Source of the DNA: Candidatus Sumerlaeales bacterium
GTDB taxonomy: Bacteria; Sumerlaeota; Sumerlaeia; Sumerlaeales; Sumerlaeaceae
Direction: 5' to 3'
DNA length: 33,342 nt
NCBI GenBank assembly: GCA_038243585.1
Contig: JBBSQY010000037.1
Coordinates: 1-33,342 of the forward strand
The position numbers were made by a program, and so were the translations under genes. Below, piece by piece: positions 1-9,646 of this stretch (position 1 is the first letter of the stretch; the number at the start of each line of letters is the position of its first letter). The notes under the pieces are model-generated. The model saw nothing but the letters and a program-made list of their open reading frames with translations, was not told the origin of the DNA and ran no database searches.

Positions 1-2015
1 CGGACGGCATGTGGCTGGCAGAGGCAGCGGTAAGTGTGGAAACCCTCGAGCTGCTCGCCAACCACGGCATTAAATTTACGGTGCTTGCGCCGAACCAGGC
101 CGCTGGAGTCAGGCCGAAGGCTCAGAATGGCATGAAGCTCCCAGACGTAGGGTGGGAAGATGCCAGCGGAGATCGGGTCGATCCCGCCCGAGCCTACCAG
201 TGCCCCCTGCCCAATGGAAAAAGCATTGCCCTGTTCTTTTATGACGGGCCGATCAGCCAGGCGGTTGCTTTTGAGGGCATTCTGAAAAGCGGTGAAACTT
301 TTGCGGAGCGTCTGCTTTCCGGATTTTCCGACAACCGCGACTACCCGCAGCTACTTCACATCGCCACCGATGGAGAAACTTACGGGCATCATCATAAATT
401 CGGCGATATGGCGCTGGCTTACGCGCTGCATTATATTGAAACGAACAATCTTGCGCAGCTTACGAACTACGCCCAGTTCCTTGAGCTCGAGCCTCCTACG
501 TGGGAAGCGCGCATCGTGAACAATTCAAGTTGGAGCTGCGCTCACGGCATTGAACGCTGGGCGTCGGACTGTGGATGCAGCAGCGGCATGCACCATGGAT
601 GGAGCCAGCAATGGCGCGACCCATTAAGGACTGGCCTTAACTGGCTGCGGGACGCCATCAATCCGGCATTTGAAAAGGCAGCCGGCAGAATTTTCACCGA
701 TCCCTGGAAAGCGCGTGACGCTTATGTGGATGTCATGCTTAATCGTGATCGCCAAAATGTTGAACATTTTATAGCGACGCAAACGAAATCTGCCCTTTCT
801 CAAACCGATCTGACAACGGCGCTTCGCCTGATGGAATTGCAGCGCCAGTTGATGCTGATGTTTACCAGTTGCGGCTGGTTCTTTGACGAAGTCTCGGGAC
901 TGGAAACCGTTCAGATCATGCAGTACGCAAGCCGCGCAATCCAGCTTGCCGAACTATGTCTTGGCCTGCACCTTGAACCGGATTTCATCGCGCGCCTGGG
1001 TACTGCCCGCAGCAACATCCCTGATAATCGCGATGGGGCTTTTGTTTACGAAAAGTTTGTAAAGCCCTCGACGGTGGATATGACCCGGGTCGGCGCGCAT
1101 TATGCGGTCACGAGCCTGTTCAAGCCGGAAGAGCCGTCTGAGCGCATTTATGCATTCACGGTGGAGCGGCACGACTGGCAGCTTTACGAAGCGGGGGGGC
1201 AGCAGTGCCTCGCCATCGGGCGCGCCCGCGTAATCAGCAATATCACCTACAACTGGGAGGACATCACGTTCGGCGTGTTGCGCCTTGGCGACCACAACTT
1301 GACGGCGGGCGTTGCCGGACATATTGAGGATGGGTTGTACACCAGGTTTGTAACGGAAGCAGTGGAAGCTTTTCGACACTCGGATCTGTCCCAGGTGATT
1401 CGCACCATGGACCAGCAACTGGGGGGTCTCACCTATTCGCTGGGCTCTCTCTTCAAAGACGAACGACAAACTATTATTAAAGAAATCCTGCGTAATAATC
1501 TGGAGCAGGCTGAGGCTACGCTGCGCCTTATATATGACAACAATGCCTCGTTCATGCGCTTCCTTACCACTGTGGGCGCGCAACAACCGGAGATTTTCCG
1601 CGCGGTAGGCCGTTTTGTGATAGCAGGTGAACTGCGCAGATTACTGGAAGAGGATGTGACGGACCCAAGCCGGGTTCTGCAGCTCGTCGACGACGCCAAA
1701 GCCTGGAATCTTCCGCTGGACGGCCAGGGTGTACAGCTCGCCCTGGACAAAGCGATCGAACACCGCGCACGCAACCTCATGGACGGGACAGAAGAAGCTG
1801 CGTCGATGCAGGCGTTAATGGCTATGGGTACGCTTGCCGTTCATCTACCTTACAATGTGAACTTCTGGCTCGCGCAGAATGTTATTTTCCGCCTGGCTCC
1901 AACCCGCTACAACGAAAAATTAGCCGCTGCTGCGACAGGTGACAAACAGGCGGCAGACTGGGTTAGTTTATTTAAGCAGCTCGCTCAGCAACAAAAGGTG
2001 AATCTTGATGATTGA
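1..2015 (+). CDS. Glycoside hydrolase family 57 / DUF3536-domain protein (5' truncated by window edge)
   Basis: The frame is open from the window edge (GAC GGC ATG at 3: D-G-M-W-L-A-E), matching the GH57 nucleophile motif G(M/F)WL(P/A)E. Also FFYDGPIS, ATDGETYGHH, SSWSCAHGIERW and MFTSCGWFFDE motifs. Overlaps treY. Confidence 0.9.
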   Translation, partial: DGMWLAEAAVSVETLELLANHGIKFTVLAPNQAAGVRPKAQNGMKLPDVGWEDASGDRVDPARAYQCPLPNGKSIALFFYDGPISQAVAFEGILKSGETFAERLLSGFSDNRDYPQLLHIATDGETYGHHHKFGDMALAYALHYIETNNLAQLTNYAQFLELEPPTWEARIVNNSSWSCAHGIERWASDCGCSSGMHHGWSQQWRDPLRTGLNWLRDAINPAFEKAAGRIFTDPWKARDAYVDVMLNRDRQNVEHFIATQTKSALSQTDLTTALRLMELQRQLMLMFTSCGWFFDEVSGLETVQIMQYASRAIQLAELCLGLHLEPDFIARLGTARSNIPDNRDGAFVYEKFVKPSTVDMTRVGAHYAVTSLFKPEEPSERIYAFTVERHDWQLYEAGGQQCLAIGRARVISNITYNWEDITFGVLRLGDHNLTAGVAGHIEDGLYTRFVTEAVEAFRHSDLSQVIRTMDQQLGGLTYSLGSLFKDERQTIIKEILRNNLEQAEATLRLIYDNNASFMRFLTTVGAQQPEIFRAVGRFVIAGELRRLLEEDVTDPSRVLQLVDDAKAWNLPLDGQGVQLALDKAIEHRARNLMDGTEEAASMQALMAMGTLAVHLPYNVNFWLAQNVIFRLAPTRYNEKLAAAATGDKQAADWVSLFKQLAQQQKVNLDD

Positions 2016-4944
2016 TAATCAAAACGAATCCGGCTCCCGCACAAAACACCAGGTTTACATCCCGACCGCCACATACCGCCTTCAATTTAACCACGACTTC
2101 CGGTTCGATCAAGCGGAGCAATGGGCGGATTATTTCCAGCGCCTCGGCGTCAGCGATATCTATGCGTCCCCCATCTGGACGGCGCGAAAAGGCAGCATGC
2201 ACTGCTACGATGTGACGGACCATTCCCAGGTCAACGCGGACCTCGGTGGTGAAACGGCCTTCAAATCTTTTTCTAACGCCCTTAAAAGCCGAAACCTCGG
2301 CATGGTGGTAGACGTGGTTCCGAACCATATGGGAATTATGGACCCTTCCAATCGGCAATGGTGGGATGTTCTCGAGAACGGCTCCTGCTCTCCTTACGCT
2401 AATTTTTTCGACATCGACTGGAGAGCTTTCAAGGAGGAGCTGCATGATCGTGTAGAACTTCCGACCCTCGGCCAGCAGTTCGGGATTTGTCTCGAAAATG
2501 GTGAGTTCAAAGTTTCCTTTTCCGACGACGGCGAGTTTCTGGTGCATTACTATGAGACCGTCCTGCCGACCGGACCGCGCACATGGGTAAGGATTCTGCA
2601 GATGGTGCTGTCGGAATTGCAAATGAAAGTGACTGGCGACGACGACGACCTGATAGAGCTGGAAAGCGTGGTTACCGCCCTTGGCCACCTGCCGATGCGT
2701 GAGGATACTGACGAATGCCGCATCCGGGAGAGACAGCGGGAGAAAGAGGTTTGCAAACGTCGACTGCGAGCCCTCCTCAAGCAAAACGCGCTGGTCCGAG
2801 ATACAATTCATGCGGTGTTGGACGAGGTAAATGGGATCCCTGGCCAACCGGAATCCTTCGACACGCTGGAACTTTTTCTGGAAGATCAAACATACCGCCT
2901 CTGCTTCTGGCGCGTGGCGGGCGATGAGATTAACTATCGCCGCTTTTTCGACATTAACGAGCTGGCGGCTATTCGGGTTGAAAATCCCAGCGTATTCCAG
3001 CACGTCCATGCCCTTATTTTCAGCCTTATCCAAGCGGGTGATATTCGCGGCTTAAGAATTGATCATCCTGATGGCCTCCTAAACCCACCTCAATATTTTA
3101 CCGACCTTCAGAGAGGATGTCTGAACGCTATTGCCGGACAAGGTTTTGAATCTCCAAACCCAATTCCCGACTGCGAAGAAAGTCCGTGCGCTATGTGGGT
3201 CATCGCAGAAAAAATATTGGAACATAAGGAGCGGATTCGTCCCGACTGGGCTGTCCACGGCACCACAGGATATGAATTCGTAAACCTGGTCAATGGCGTC
3301 TTTGTCGATCAGAGAAAAAACAACGCATTTTTGAGCCTTTACAGCAAGTTTGTGGGCTCCGGTCCCAACTATGCAGAGCTAAAGACCGAGTGTAAAAAAC
3401 TCATCCTGGACAACAGCATGGCGGGCGAACTATACACGTTAGCTCGGAAGCTCGACCGGATTTCTGAAACGAATCGACGCACTCGCGATTTCACCCTCCA
3501 GACTCTGCAAGAAGCGCTGGCGGAGTTTATCGCAGCTTTTCCGGTGTACCGCAGTTACATCAGGCCGGACTCCACGAGCGTGGACGAGGACGACCGGTTT
3601 TATATTGAATCGGCTATTCGTATCGCCAAGCGCAGAAACCAGGCCACCGACCCGACTCTGTTTGACTTCATCGGGTCGATCTTGCTGTTAGACGGTCTTG
3701 ATGAACTACCGTCTAGTCAGAAAAAACAACATCTGGAATTTGTGCTGGCCGTTCAACAGATCACCGGCCCGGTGATGGCGAAAGGGTTGGAAGATACAGC
3801 CTTTTATCGGGATTTCCCTCTTTCATCTCTTAACGAGGTGGGCGGTGAACCGGAGCGTTTTGGAGTGTCTGTCACAGAATTCCACGAACGCTGTTCTGAA
3901 CAGGCGCGCCTGTGGCCTGCCAGCATGATCTCCACTTCGACCCACGACACGAAACGCGGCGAGGATGTGCGGGCGAGGATTAATGTTCTCAGTGAGATGC
4001 CCCGCGAATGGGAGCGGGCGATTTTCCGGTGGCGCCGGCTCAACAGCCGGCGCAAACATCAGGTGGAAGGCCATCACGTACCCACCGGCCGCAACGAGTA
4101 TCTGTTCTACCAAACTCTGTTGGGGATATGGCCACTTACTGAAGAGCCGGATACCAAGGAACTGACAGACCGAATGATTGCCTATATGATTAAGGCGACA
4201 CGCGAAGCCAAGGTGCTGACCAGTTGGGTAAAGGTAAACGAAGAATATGAAGCTGCTCTGAGCCAGTTTATTACGGAAGCGTTAGACCCAGTTAAGTCGT
4301 CTAAATTTCTGAATGATTTCAAAGACATGGCGCGGTTAGTCGCCCTCCGTGGAGCCAACAACTCCCTCAGCCAGGTTCTTATGAAATTGACTGCGCCGGG
4401 CGTTCCCGATTTTTACCAGGGAACTGAACTCTGGCGTTTCGATCTTGTTGATCCGGACAACCGCCGCCCCGTCGACTATGCGTTGCGCTCCCGTTTGCTG
4501 GAAGAAATTATCTCTCGGCAGGACGATCCGACTTATCTTGCAGACTTAATGTCCGGCTGGAAGGATGGGCGCATTAAAATGATGGTCACCCACAAAGGCC
4601 TCGCGTTTCGCCGCGCATACCAGTACCTGTATCAGTCCGGCGTTTATGTGCCTCTGTTTGCGGAGGGGCAGGCTGCCGGGAACGTTCTGGCTTACGCCCA
4701 GACCAAAGAAGATCAGCCATGGGCAATCACCGTGGTTCCACGCCTGCTGGCGGAACAGAACTTTCCGGAAGACCGCCTGATCGATGAAACGTTCTGGGGT
4801 GACACAACCCTGCGCCTGCCGGATAATGCTCCCACCCGGTGGCATAACATCTTCACCGGTGAGAGTTTTGAATCGAACGATCTGAAAATACCGATAAAGA
4901 ATCACTTGGGAGCGTTTCCCGTTGCCCTGCTGGTATCCCAATAG
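2008..4944 (+). CDS. treY: Malto-oligosyltrehalose synthase (GH13)
   Basis: IPTATYRLQF, YASPI, GSMHCYDVTD, DVVPNHM, INYRRFFDI, GLRIDHPDGL, EKIL, GTTGY, STHDTKRGED, PGVPDFYQG and LVDPDNRRPVDY are TreY signatures. ATG at 2008 follows AAAGGTG (ORF track starts at TTG 2005). Confidence 0.95.
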   Translation: MIDNQNESGSRTKHQVYIPTATYRLQFNHDFRFDQAEQWADYFQRLGVSDIYASPIWTARKGSMHCYDVTDHSQVNADLGGETAFKSFSNALKSRNLGMVVDVVPNHMGIMDPSNRQWWDVLENGSCSPYANFFDIDWRAFKEELHDRVELPTLGQQFGICLENGEFKVSFSDDGEFLVHYYETVLPTGPRTWVRILQMVLSELQMKVTGDDDDLIELESVVTALGHLPMREDTDECRIRERQREKEVCKRRLRALLKQNALVRDTIHAVLDEVNGIPGQPESFDTLELFLEDQTYRLCFWRVAGDEINYRRFFDINELAAIRVENPSVFQHVHALIFSLIQAGDIRGLRIDHPDGLLNPPQYFTDLQRGCLNAIAGQGFESPNPIPDCEESPCAMWVIAEKILEHKERIRPDWAVHGTTGYEFVNLVNGVFVDQRKNNAFLSLYSKFVGSGPNYAELKTECKKLILDNSMAGELYTLARKLDRISETNRRTRDFTLQTLQEALAEFIAAFPVYRSYIRPDSTSVDEDDRFYIESAIRIAKRRNQATDPTLFDFIGSILLLDGLDELPSSQKKQHLEFVLAVQQITGPVMAKGLEDTAFYRDFPLSSLNEVGGEPERFGVSVTEFHERCSEQARLWPASMISTSTHDTKRGEDVRARINVLSEMPREWERAIFRWRRLNSRRKHQVEGHHVPTGRNEYLFYQTLLGIWPLTEEPDTKELTDRMIAYMIKATREAKVLTSWVKVNEEYEAALSQFITEALDPVKSSKFLNDFKDMARLVALRGANNSLSQVLMKLTAPGVPDFYQGTELWRFDLVDPDNRRPVDYALRSRLLEEIISRQDDPTYLADLMSGWKDGRIKMMVTHKGLAFRRAYQYLYQSGVYVPLFAEGQAAGNVLAYAQTKEDQPWAITVVPRLLAEQNFPEDRLIDETFWGDTTLRLPDNAPTRWHNIFTGESFESNDLKIPIKNHLGAFPVALLVSQ

Positions 4945-4948
4945 CGCG

Positions 4949-4984
4949 AAAAAACCCGGCTCAGATATCAATCTGAGCCGGGTT
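4949..4984 (-). terminator. Rho-independent terminator between convergent treY and peptidase genes
   Basis: Perfect 14-bp stem AACCCGGCTCAGAT (4953-4966) / ATCTGAGCCGGGTT (4971-4984) with a 4-nt loop. The A-run at 4949-4954 gives a U-tail on the minus strand. Confidence 0.85.
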
Positions 4985-5012
4985 CCAACTTATAAAGTGC
5001 TAGAGTTTCTGA

Positions 5013-6629
5013 TTAAGGCTCTGTCACCTTCACTCCGGAGAACGTAATTCCTCTGCTCCCCTGCCCTGGAGCTGGAGATTCTTTGAAAGCGCCGTTGTAG
5101 AAAACTCCGCAATCGCCGGAGTCATACCCCTTCACGTTTTTTTCCGTATGAAAAGGCTTTCCGTCCAACTCGTAGCTGACTGTTGAGCCGTTGCAGGTGA
5201 TGGCAAACTGGTGCCAGCCGCTTTCTTTTAAACGAAACCGCTTATCTCGGTAATCATCAATACCGCCGTTCAAAATGTTCCCGGCGCGAATGCTTCCATC
5301 GTCCGAGTCGAATGCCATTGCCAGGCTGTACCCTATTTCTACCTCGTCCTTAGTATCCGCAGCATGCTGTCCGTTGTCCCGGGCGAAAAGCCCCACGCGT
5401 TCCCAGCCGTCAGCTTTCTTTCTTTTCCGAAGTTCACACCAGACCCATGCTTCGATTCGATAATCTGTCCAGTCTGGTGATCCCAGCCAGGCGGTATCCG
5501 TCTCCGTGCCAGACGTTAGCAGCCGGAAGACCGGTCCCGCCACTGGAGGCGCAGTGGTAAAGTCGTCGGCAACCTCAACCTTGCCATACCGGGCTTCCCA
5601 CGGCAACGTTGGCTGTCCCGCCTCCGGGCTGGCGATCAGGGGAAGCTTCTGCTCAGGACGGTCTTTCGGCAGCACAATCATTCGCACGCCCATATTCCGG
5701 TGACCGGGACCCGCTAGCCAGTGGGTACCGAACCAGTTGCCGTCTCCGTCCACCAGGTTGTAGTACTCGAGCACGGTGGTGGTCTTGGAAACATCAGGCG
5801 CCTTTACGCGGAAAGTCACCACGCGCGTTGTTTCAGGGGCCAACGCCGACAACGAGTCCGTCACCCGGTCCGGCCCAAGCCATCCCTCGGCCATTATGCT
5901 CTCCAGGGCACGGGTCGGAGAACTATCCGGATCTACGGGCGACAAGAAAAGTTTTTCCGGCCATGCCTGCCGGCCATTGTTTACCAGCGTAAACGAAACT
6001 TCAGCGTCTTCACCCGAAGTCAGTTGCAGGTTGATCGTCTGCTCCAGTGGAAACCCGTCCGGGCCAATGGCAACCCCACTTAGAGGCGGCGGCTCTGGAA
6101 AAGGCTCTGGCCGTAAAATGACGCCGCCGCGCCACAGCAGGTCATCCCAGTCCACCACCTTGTGGTCGCCGCCCAGTTTGGGGCTAAAAGATTCTGCAGT
6201 TGGATTGTTTATAATAACCCGACCATCGTCTGTGTATCCGACTGCCAGAACAAAATGCCCGTGACGCCCTTGGTTGACCCCGAGAATCACGGGCCGCCCC
6301 ATGTCGAGCTCGTGCTTAACAGTGTCATGGGTCCAGCCCAGGTTGTGCCAGCTGGGCAGGGCGTAAAGCCCGTATTGCCTGGCTATCTCCGGCGCGTTGA
6401 AGCGGTTGTATTGACAATACTTATGTAGTTCCTGCACGGTTTCTGGAGAGAAATCATCGATGCGCCCCATAAAATCGAGCGCCATCATAAATGAAGTCGG
6501 AAAGCAGGTCTGGTTGTCCGGTTGAGACATATATGCCACCGGCAAATTGATGCCGGCGTTAATATTTCCAGCCAGGGACAACAAACTTGCAGCGGCAGCA
6601 AAGCATAAAAATTTTGACACGGACGGCAT
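5013..6629 (-). CDS. Secreted C39-like (papain-fold) cysteine peptidase with Ig-like and ConA/DUF1080-like beta-sandwich domains
   Basis: Signal peptide; Q-x5-C (SQPDNQTCFPTSFMMAL), GHFVLAVGY and INNP give a Gln/Cys/His/Asn set; FTLVNNGRQAWP...APETTRVVTFRVKAP resembles an NBR1-type Ig-like domain; C-terminal WTDYRIEA...GWHQFAITCNG...ELDG...FSGVKV. SD GAGAGG. Confidence 0.75.
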   Translation of the reverse strand: MPSVSKFLCFAAAASLLSLAGNINAGINLPVAYMSQPDNQTCFPTSFMMALDFMGRIDDFSPETVQELHKYCQYNRFNAPEIARQYGLYALPSWHNLGWTHDTVKHELDMGRPVILGVNQGRHGHFVLAVGYTDDGRVIINNPTAESFSPKLGGDHKVVDWDDLLWRGGVILRPEPFPEPPPLSGVAIGPDGFPLEQTINLQLTSGEDAEVSFTLVNNGRQAWPEKLFLSPVDPDSSPTRALESIMAEGWLGPDRVTDSLSALAPETTRVVTFRVKAPDVSKTTTVLEYYNLVDGDGNWFGTHWLAGPGHRNMGVRMIVLPKDRPEQKLPLIASPEAGQPTLPWEARYGKVEVADDFTTAPPVAGPVFRLLTSGTETDTAWLGSPDWTDYRIEAWVWCELRKRKKADGWERVGLFARDNGQHAADTKDEVEIGYSLAMAFDSDDGSIRAGNILNGGIDDYRDKRFRLKESGWHQFAITCNGSTVSYELDGKPFHTEKNVKGYDSGDCGVFYNGAFKESPAPGQGSRGITFSGVKVTEP

Positions 6630-6775
6630 TGTTATAGCCTCTCTAATTTTTCCAATTTAAAAATAATTTCGTCATCATGAGGCGGGAGTGTCAAATCCTT
6701 CCTGCTTTCTTCATTACACAGATTGCATTGCAGTCCAACGCACAGAACGACCAGCATCGACCGGGAGAGTAGAAA

Positions 6776-8458
6776 ATAAAAAGCCATTTTAAGCTGCACC
6801 CACGGCTCACTCGACCATCATTCTGGTTCACTGCAGCCCTGATTATCCGCCTGCTCTACCTGCTGGAACAGGGCGGAACGTCTCCCCTGTTTTACCAGCC
6901 CATGCTGGACGAGCGTGAGGCTGTCGATTCTGCCAGATCAATTATCAGCGGCGTGACTGACGGTGAACCCTGGTTTAAGGCGCCTGGCTACTCTTGGATC
7001 ATGGCTGCCATAATGAGCTTAAGCGGCGAGGCATGGCCGTGGACGGTTCGCGCAGTGCAGCACCTGGCGGGCGCCTGGGTGGTTGGCATGGTCGCCTGGC
7101 TCGCTGGCCTACTTTCACCCGCTGGAGGTCGGCGCAAGGTTGCCATTGCTGTCGCCGGATTTCTCGGCGCCGTGTATGCGCCGCTTATCCGGCTTGAAAA
7201 TAATCTATCGCTGGACTTCTGGGCCGTATTTTTTCAATCGGCGATGTTGTGCGCCCTCGCCGCTTTAACGGCCCGATTTCGCTCTCGCCCACGCAGCCGC
7301 GAGGCCGCTTATGCCGGATGCCTCGCCGCCGCTGCCTGGCTGGTCAGACCAACCATTACCGTCGCACTCCCGTTTCTGGCGTTATGGTTGGTTATTATTT
7401 CGTTTAACCCAGCTCAGAAGAAATCACATCGAATCCTTCGCCCGGCCATAATCTTTCTTCTCCCGATCATATTTGCAGCAACCGCAGTTACAATGCGCAA
7501 TTTCACGGTTTCTGGCGAAGTTATGACGATGCCCTGGCAAGGGGGCTACAGCTTTTACTACGCGAACCACCCTGCCGCTACTGGCCGTTATTTTACGCAG
7601 AGCAAGTTAGCGGAAACGTCTGATCCAAACCCAACACACTACCTGGCGATCGAAGGCTACAGGAATAGCTTGAGCGATGCAGACAAAGCTGCTTTTGACC
7701 GCGCACCCCGCTACGGTGCTGTCAACGAGTTCTGGTTCCAGAGTGCCAACGCGGCTATTCGCTCCAACCCTCTCGCATGGGCCAGGCTAATGGCACAAAA
7801 AGGAATTTATCTTTTTAGCGATAAAGAAATTTTTAACTATGAAGAATTCGACCTTCAAAGGGATCTCTCCTCCATCCTCCGCTGGCTTCCCGGGCGGTTT
7901 GGTGTTGTATTTCCTCTCGCGATGGCCTCTTTTGCTACCCTGACTTTTGTTCCATTCCGGCGGCGGCGCATCCATCAGCTGGTGTTTATTTACATGGTCG
8001 CCCTCAGTGCCGGGATCGCTCTTTATTTTGCGAGCGGGCGGATGCGTATGCCGCTGGCTTTCCCGCTGATTGCGCTGGCGGGATATTCGGTTGCCGGATT
8101 TTCTCACCTGAAAATGCCGCGAAAGCTCGTCGCGCTGGTCCTGCTGCTGGCGGGCGTCATATTATCATGGGGAGACTGGTGGGGCGTGCTCAGTGAAAGT
8201 ATGGCTCATGTTGATCTCGGGCGCATGAGCAACGCCGCCTGGCATAAAGGCGACTACAGGCAGGCGCTGGACTTTGCTGTAGACGCGGAAAAGCTTTCTC
8301 CGAATTACCCTGGGCTGCCGCGCTTGAAGGGACAGGCCCTTTACAACCTGGGCCGCTTGGATGAAGCGAGAACGGAATTTCAGCGGTCCGTCGACCTTCT
8401 CGGGGACGAAACATCTCGCAGGAACCTGAAAGTCATTGACGCAGAGCAAGCCCAGTAG
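6776..8458 (+). CDS. GT-C fold membrane glycosyltransferase (ArnT/PMT-like) with C-terminal TPR; start uncertain (ATA 6776 vs ATG 6902)
   Basis: Many hydrophobic helices, DE motif (PMLDE), F-x-x-PGY, VRPT, RMRMP and a TPR tail (KGQALYNLGRLDEARTEFQR). The frame stays open upstream of ATG 6902 and encodes TM1 (FWFTAALIIRLLYLL) back to an in-frame TAG at 6770-6772. Confidence 0.75.
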   Translation: MKSHFKLHPRLTRPSFWFTAALIIRLLYLLEQGGTSPLFYQPMLDEREAVDSARSIISGVTDGEPWFKAPGYSWIMAAIMSLSGEAWPWTVRAVQHLAGAWVVGMVAWLAGLLSPAGGRRKVAIAVAGFLGAVYAPLIRLENNLSLDFWAVFFQSAMLCALAALTARFRSRPRSREAAYAGCLAAAAWLVRPTITVALPFLALWLVIISFNPAQKKSHRILRPAIIFLLPIIFAATAVTMRNFTVSGEVMTMPWQGGYSFYYANHPAATGRYFTQSKLAETSDPNPTHYLAIEGYRNSLSDADKAAFDRAPRYGAVNEFWFQSANAAIRSNPLAWARLMAQKGIYLFSDKEIFNYEEFDLQRDLSSILRWLPGRFGVVFPLAMASFATLTFVPFRRRRIHQLVFIYMVALSAGIALYFASGRMRMPLAFPLIALAGYSVAGFSHLKMPRKLVALVLLLAGVILSWGDWWGVLSESMAHVDLGRMSNAAWHKGDYRQALDFAVDAEKLSPNYPGLPRLKGQALYNLGRLDEARTEFQRSVDLLGDETSRRNLKVIDAEQAQ

Positions 8459-8542
8459 AAGAAAACTTCCATGCAGTCAGGAAACTGTAATTTTCCGGAC
8501 TCGAGATTTTAAAATTTATCCGCACTATCAAAAGGACATTCC

Positions 8543-9541
8543 ATGCGATTCCGTCAGTTATCTCTTCTCTTATGCTTAATGCCTATGGCATGTTTTGCCC
8601 AGGAAACCACGAATACCGATGTTATTAAGTTTGGCATAATCGGAACAGATACTTCTCATGCGATACAGTTTTCAAAAATCCTCAACAGCCCCGACGAGAA
8701 AAACCATGTGGCTGGTGGTCGCGTCACCCATGCATACAAGGGCGGCAGCCCGGACATAAAATCCAGCGCTGAGCGGGTAGATGAAATTGCAGCTAAACTT
8801 AAAGACGAGTTTGGCGTAGAATTTGTCGACACCATTCCTGCCCTGATTGATAACGTGGACGCCGTCTTGCTGGAAAGCGTGGACGGTCGTCCCCATCTTG
8901 AGCAAGTAAAACCCGTATTCGCGGCTAAGAAGCCAGTTTTCATAGACAAACCCCTGGCCGGATCCCTGAAAGACGCCATCGAGATTGCGCGTCTGGCAAA
9001 AGAATCAGGAACCCCCTGTTTTAGTGCATCCAGCCTGCGGTTTTTCCCCGGCGTGACAGAGTTGAAAGACAACCCAAAGATTGGCGACATTACCGGCGTC
9101 TCCGCCTACTCCCCATGCGAATATGAGGAACATCACCCGGATCTTGTCTGGTATGGCATCCATGGCGTAGAGATCCTATTTACTCTGATGGGAACCGGAT
9201 GCGAAAGCGTCAGCCGCACGACTACCGCGGACTACGACCTCGTCACCGGTATCTGGAACGACGGACGGGTCGGAACTTTCCGCGGCATCCGTAAAGGCAA
9301 GAGCACCTATGGCGCCCTTGTTTTCGGAACAAAAGGAATCGAACATACAAAACCCGTCACTGGCGATCTGTACGGTCCACTTGTTCAGGAGATAGTATCG
9401 TTCGTCAAAACTGGCAACCCGCCTGTCGCTATAGATACCACAGTAGAGATGATGGCTTTTATGGAAGCTGCAGACGAAAGCAAACGCCAGGGCGGTCAGT
9501 CTGTGCGGCTGCAGGACGTGATTGAAAAAGCGCAGCGTTAA
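8543..9541 (+). CDS. Exported Gfo/Idh/MocA family NAD-dependent oxidoreductase
   Basis: Signal peptide (…MACFA-QE), variant Rossmann KFGIIGTDTSH, PVFIDKPLA (EKP-type motif), SSLRF, WYGIHGVE. SD AAAGGA. Confidence 0.88.
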   Translation: MRFRQLSLLLCLMPMACFAQETTNTDVIKFGIIGTDTSHAIQFSKILNSPDEKNHVAGGRVTHAYKGGSPDIKSSAERVDEIAAKLKDEFGVEFVDTIPALIDNVDAVLLESVDGRPHLEQVKPVFAAKKPVFIDKPLAGSLKDAIEIARLAKESGTPCFSASSLRFFPGVTELKDNPKIGDITGVSAYSPCEYEEHHPDLVWYGIHGVEILFTLMGTGCESVSRTTTADYDLVTGIWNDGRVGTFRGIRKGKSTYGALVFGTKGIEHTKPVTGDLYGPLVQEIVSFVKTGNPPVAIDTTVEMMAFMEAADESKRQGGQSVRLQDVIEKAQR

Positions 9542-9646
9542 CTTTGAGCAACGCTTGTGCTAATCAGTATGTAATGTTCTGAATTTGCTCTCATTGGTTC
9601 GGCTGGTATCTATCTAAACAGAGTTTAAAACGCAAGGTACTTTTGC

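Noticed and set aside
954..3033. Long antisense ORFs 954..1586 (210 aa) and 1972..3033 (353 aa)
   Set aside because: They lie opposite well-supported GH57 and treY genes and have no recognisable motifs; typical shadow ORFs. The same applies to the other short nested ORFs in the track.
1..4944. treY without adjacent treZ
   Set aside because: The operon is cut by the window edge, so treZ may lie upstream; GH57/DUF3536 next to treY is a familiar arrangement.
6728..6772. Stop-codon readthrough or recoding (TTG 6728 through TAG 6770) for the GT-C gene
   Set aside because: TAG ends treY, the GT-C gene itself and dapF, so it is a normal stop here. The SD-ATA explanation is simpler.
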